This document shows positions 61,124 to 64,000 of a stretch of 64,000 nt of DNA, piece by piece. Location: positions 868,001-932,000 of the forward strand of contig BROI01000011.1 in NCBI GenBank assembly GCA_027923505.1, in the 5' to 3' direction. Position numbers and translations under genes: made by a program. Numbering within the stretch: the first letter of the stretch is position 1; every line of letters starts with the position of its first letter. The notes under the pieces were generated by a model, which did not search any database, was not told where the DNA came from, and was given only the letters and a program-made list of their open reading frames with translations. Source of the stretch: Mayamaea pseudoterrestris. Lineage: Eukaryota.

Positions 61124-64000
61124 CTACAGTGCTTGCACTGGTAACGACTCAGGCTGTTGTCGCTTTGTAGGAGAGGAAGCCGCCGACCCCGGACGGCTGT
61201 CCTTCTTCTTCTTGCTAGGGGAGTCCTTCTTCATCGTAGCCGACATTTTGCCGCCAGAGTAGGCGTCTGGACCAAACTCATTTGTAATAAACTTCTTGAA
61301 AGATGCACTGTACCAGCGATTCTTTATGTGGTTCTCTGATCGACTCGACTCAAAGTACTTGGTCGAAATTTCAACCCAGCGCTTTCCTAGCTTTTTGTGG
61401 CCCTCCCACAATAGCAAGTCGTCCTCGCGCGCAAATGGAAGATGGTTAATGTTCGGATTCAAATGATTGACCCAACGATCACGAATCTGCTTGCCGACAC
61501 GTCCCGGAAGCTGCTGCGCCAAATCCGACCATCGAGTAAAAGGTTGCTCGCTGGAATTGCCAACCGCGTCAAGTACAATGGCATCCTCGTGGTCTGTCCA
61601 TTGCCCCTTGCGTACGCCTGGCTTGAGATAGCGTATCCAGCGCTCGTGGCACTCCTTGGCGGATCGCCCGCATTGTAGTTCCTTGGCAATCGGTTCCCAA
61701 TCGCGTGGATTCTTGTACTTCTTCATGATATCCGTCAGACGCATATCTTCTTCCTTGTTCCAACCAAACGAGCTGCTCTTGCCTTCATATGGCGACGAGA
61801 GAATGTGCGTTGGACGATGCGGACCAGCCTTGGCAACCATGCTAGGCGGTGCTCGAAACTCTGGAGGCGGCTGAAACTGTCGACCGTGCTGGTGCATCAT
61901 GCGAAGTCCAGGCGGGCCATGCGGAGGCGATGTGCGACCACTGTCCTCCGAAAAGTTGCGCATCATTGGCGGAGGGTAATTCTGGTACGATCCAGGCCCA
62001 TATCCATGGTAGCTGCCAGCAGAGCCCCATGACGGTGCATGAGGAGGATACGGCCCTTGGAAGCCAGGACCTCGGCCTTCGTACATTGGCGCATGCGGAC
62101 CGTCATAGCTCATCATACTGTCCGACCGACTAAATCCACCGTGATAATGCCCGCCTTCAAACGATTGGTTGCGACTCTCCAGTGCTTGATGAGAGTGCAT
62201 GTTATGATGGTGATGCTGCGATGACGGTGCCAGGTTTGAGTGATGCATTGGCGGTGGCCCGTGGTCTTGACTTGCGCTCGCTCCAAGCATCGGATAGTCT
62301 TGCGTAAACGAAAAGCTCGACATAAGTCCATTACCCGCGCTCACGGCGCCAAAGCTATCTTGCGGTGCAATCTCCCACGATGGAATTTGTCCAACCGCTG
62401 GATGTCGGCCTTCGTGAGGTCCGCCACTTCCATCAACATTCATCGGAGTCATGGTCGATGCGGAAGAACCCGGTCGCGAAGATGTTTCTGGGTGACGAGG
62501 CATGGGTGGAGCCGACTCGAGAGAATACGAATATGAAGGCGGCTTGCCGTAAAAGCTGTCAATCGCCGACGATGGTTCCTTTCCGTACAGAGTGCTCGTG
62601 TGCGGCGACTTGATGATTATTTTTGACTCATGCTTTGGCTTGCTGGGAGATGAGGGTGGAGTACATTCAATCGAAAGTGGACTCGTCTTCTTTTCATTGT
62701 CAAGACGAACCTTCTTGGACGACTGAGTCACTTCATCCGACGGCGCCTTGCGAAGCTCCGTCGCGTCAGCATCCTCCTTGGTATCCATTTCCTCCCTGAC
62801 GTCGTCTCCATCGTGCGTCCGCTTTCCAGTCGTCGCTTCGGTTGCTGAATTGAATGAAAAGTGTGTCTCGCTGCGCTCGTGGTGATGATGCGACGAGGAC
62901 GGAAGAAGTAATCCACTGCTTCCACTTCCGCACTTCATGAGATCAAGCGAACCGTCCGAGGCATTATTAGGACTCGTTGCAAAAGTTCTTTGCGAAGAAT
63001 CCTTCTTGAGCAATAGTTCCTTTGACTTCTTGTCATGCATGGGTGACTGCGCCGACGCAACCGACGAGAGCGAATCAAGAGACGATTGCAATTTTTGCTT
63101 CTTCAACACCATCTTTTCCACTCCTTCCGTCGGAGAATTGGTCAGACTGCTACTATTTGAATGCGCTCTTGTCAATGCGACTTCCTTGCTTGCCTCGGAA
63201 TGATCATCGTGATCATTGTCATGATGCAAGTGATGATGTTTTCGCTGCCGTCCCAATCGTCGTCGCATTTCCTCCTCGTCCACCGAAGTGACTTGATTCA
63301 GCTGACCCCATGAAGCATCACCCGACAAGGAAGCTTGATCGGCATGCATGGCTGGTCCGTAGTGCGGAGAAACATCCATGGCGTTCGGATTATGCGACTT
63401 GTGCCCCTTTTCCACGCTTCGGTCGAACGAATTGGAAACGGCGCGCGAAACGGCAGCTGCCCGCGAGTAAGGTTCCTGCTGCTGATGCTGCATCATGTGC
63501 GCATGACTTGGATATGATGGAGGACGAGCATGCGGTGGCGGCGGGCCGCCTCCAGTGTAGGATGACGGTAGTGGCGGTCCCCATGATGGTCCAGCCGTGT
63601 CGTAACCTTGAAATGGAGGTTGCTGCGGCGGGCCTCCGTACATGTGCGGAGCCGGTCCATGGTGTGACGGAGGCTGCTGTCCTCCTCGGTAGGGGAGCCG
63701 ATGCTGCTGCTGAAAATTGCCCGGAGGCGGTGGTCCTTGGTAGTGATGATCGTAGTGATGCGGCTGCGGTGGCGGCGGACCATACGCGTGGTTCGGACGA
63801 CTGTAACTGGCGTAAAATCGACCCGCTCCAGGTGATACTTGCATGGGCGCTCCTCGATGGTGATGATGCTGCTGATGCTGTTGATGATGATGCGGCGGAA
63901 AATTATGCTGTCGCTCATGAGGTTGAAAGGCGCTGTTTCCTGTCGACACGCTGGAGCGGCCTTCCAAGTTCCTCGCTAAGCTGCTGGATGGATACTCCAA
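61124..64000 (-). CDS. Three-repeat MYB transcription factor (5' end outside the window)
   Basis: Three MYB repeats (WNKEED…, KGQWTDHED…, PFAREDD…RSENHIKNRW) after a long His/Pro/Gln-rich region. Confidence 0.92.
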   Translation of the reverse strand: MEYPSSSLARNLEGRSSVSTGNSAFQPHERQHNFPPHHHQQHQQHHHHRGAPMQVSPGAGRFYASYSRPNHAYGPPPPQPHHYDHHYQGPPPPGNFQQQHRLPYRGGQQPPSHHGPAPHMYGGPPQQPPFQGYDTAGPSWGPPLPSSYTGGGPPPPHARPPSYPSHAHMMQHQQQEPYSRAAAVSRAVSNSFDRSVEKGHKSHNPNAMDVSPHYGPAMHADQASLSGDASWGQLNQVTSVDEEEMRRRLGRQRKHHHLHHDNDHDDHSEASKEVALTRAHSNSSSLTNSPTEGVEKMVLKKQKLQSSLDSLSSVASAQSPMHDKKSKELLLKKDSSQRTFATSPNNASDGSLDLMKCGSGSSGLLLPSSSHHHHERSETHFSFNSATEATTGKRTHDGDDVREEMDTKEDADATELRKAPSDEVTQSSKKVRLDNEKKTSPLSIECTPPSSPSKPKHESKIIIKSPHTSTLYGKEPSSAIDSFYGKPPSYSYSLESAPPMPRHPETSSRPGSSASTMTPMNVDGSGGPHEGRHPAVGQIPSWEIAPQDSFGAVSAGNGLMSSFSFTQDYPMLGASASQDHGPPPMHHSNLAPSSQHHHHNMHSHQALESRNQSFEGGHYHGGFSRSDSMMSYDGPHAPMYEGRGPGFQGPYPPHAPSWGSAGSYHGYGPGSYQNYPPPMMRNFSEDSGRTSPPHGPPGLRMMHQHGRQFQPPPEFRAPPSMVAKAGPHRPTHILSSPYEGKSSSFGWNKEEDMRLTDIMKKYKNPRDWEPIAKELQCGRSAKECHERWIRYLKPGVRKGQWTDHEDAIVLDAVGNSSEQPFTRWSDLAQQLPGRVGKQIRDRWVNHLNPNINHLPFAREDDLLLWEGHKKLGKRWVEISTKYFESSRSENHIKNRWYSASFKKFITNEFGPDAYSGGKMSATMKKDSPSKKKKDSRPGSAASSPTKRQQPESLPVQAL

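Overview
Eukaryotic, gene-dense DNA with short GT-AG introns and signal peptide + 'AF' plastid presequences, most consistent with a pennate diatom. About 26 protein-coding genes are supported, including CAND1, Nup107, MED31, APH-1, V-ATPase A, a plastid FNT/NAR1-type transporter, a ShKT-GPx fusion, a 6-exon bacterial-type aspartase, a globin, a bestrophin-like channel, cysteine dioxygenase, a Borealin-like protein, an SF1 helicase, PTH2 and a 3R-MYB. Two gene-free satellite domains interrupt them: a 169-bp tandem array (1 to ~8980, running off the left edge) and a CpG-poor island (~36340-42420) with a 349-bp tandem array. The most interesting observation is that the two satellites are linked. 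Both carry a dyad with an AC(A/C)AGTTGT core every ~170-180 bp, and the two dyads of the 349-mer differ by mirror-compensated changes. Exactly one 169-bp monomer is inserted, inverted, into the second island, with an empty copy of the target site ~350 bp away and an RTE-type LINE reverse-transcriptase remnant nearby. This suggests a structured, unit-length mobile satellite family. All functional interpretations are inference by eye; no database search or folding program was run.
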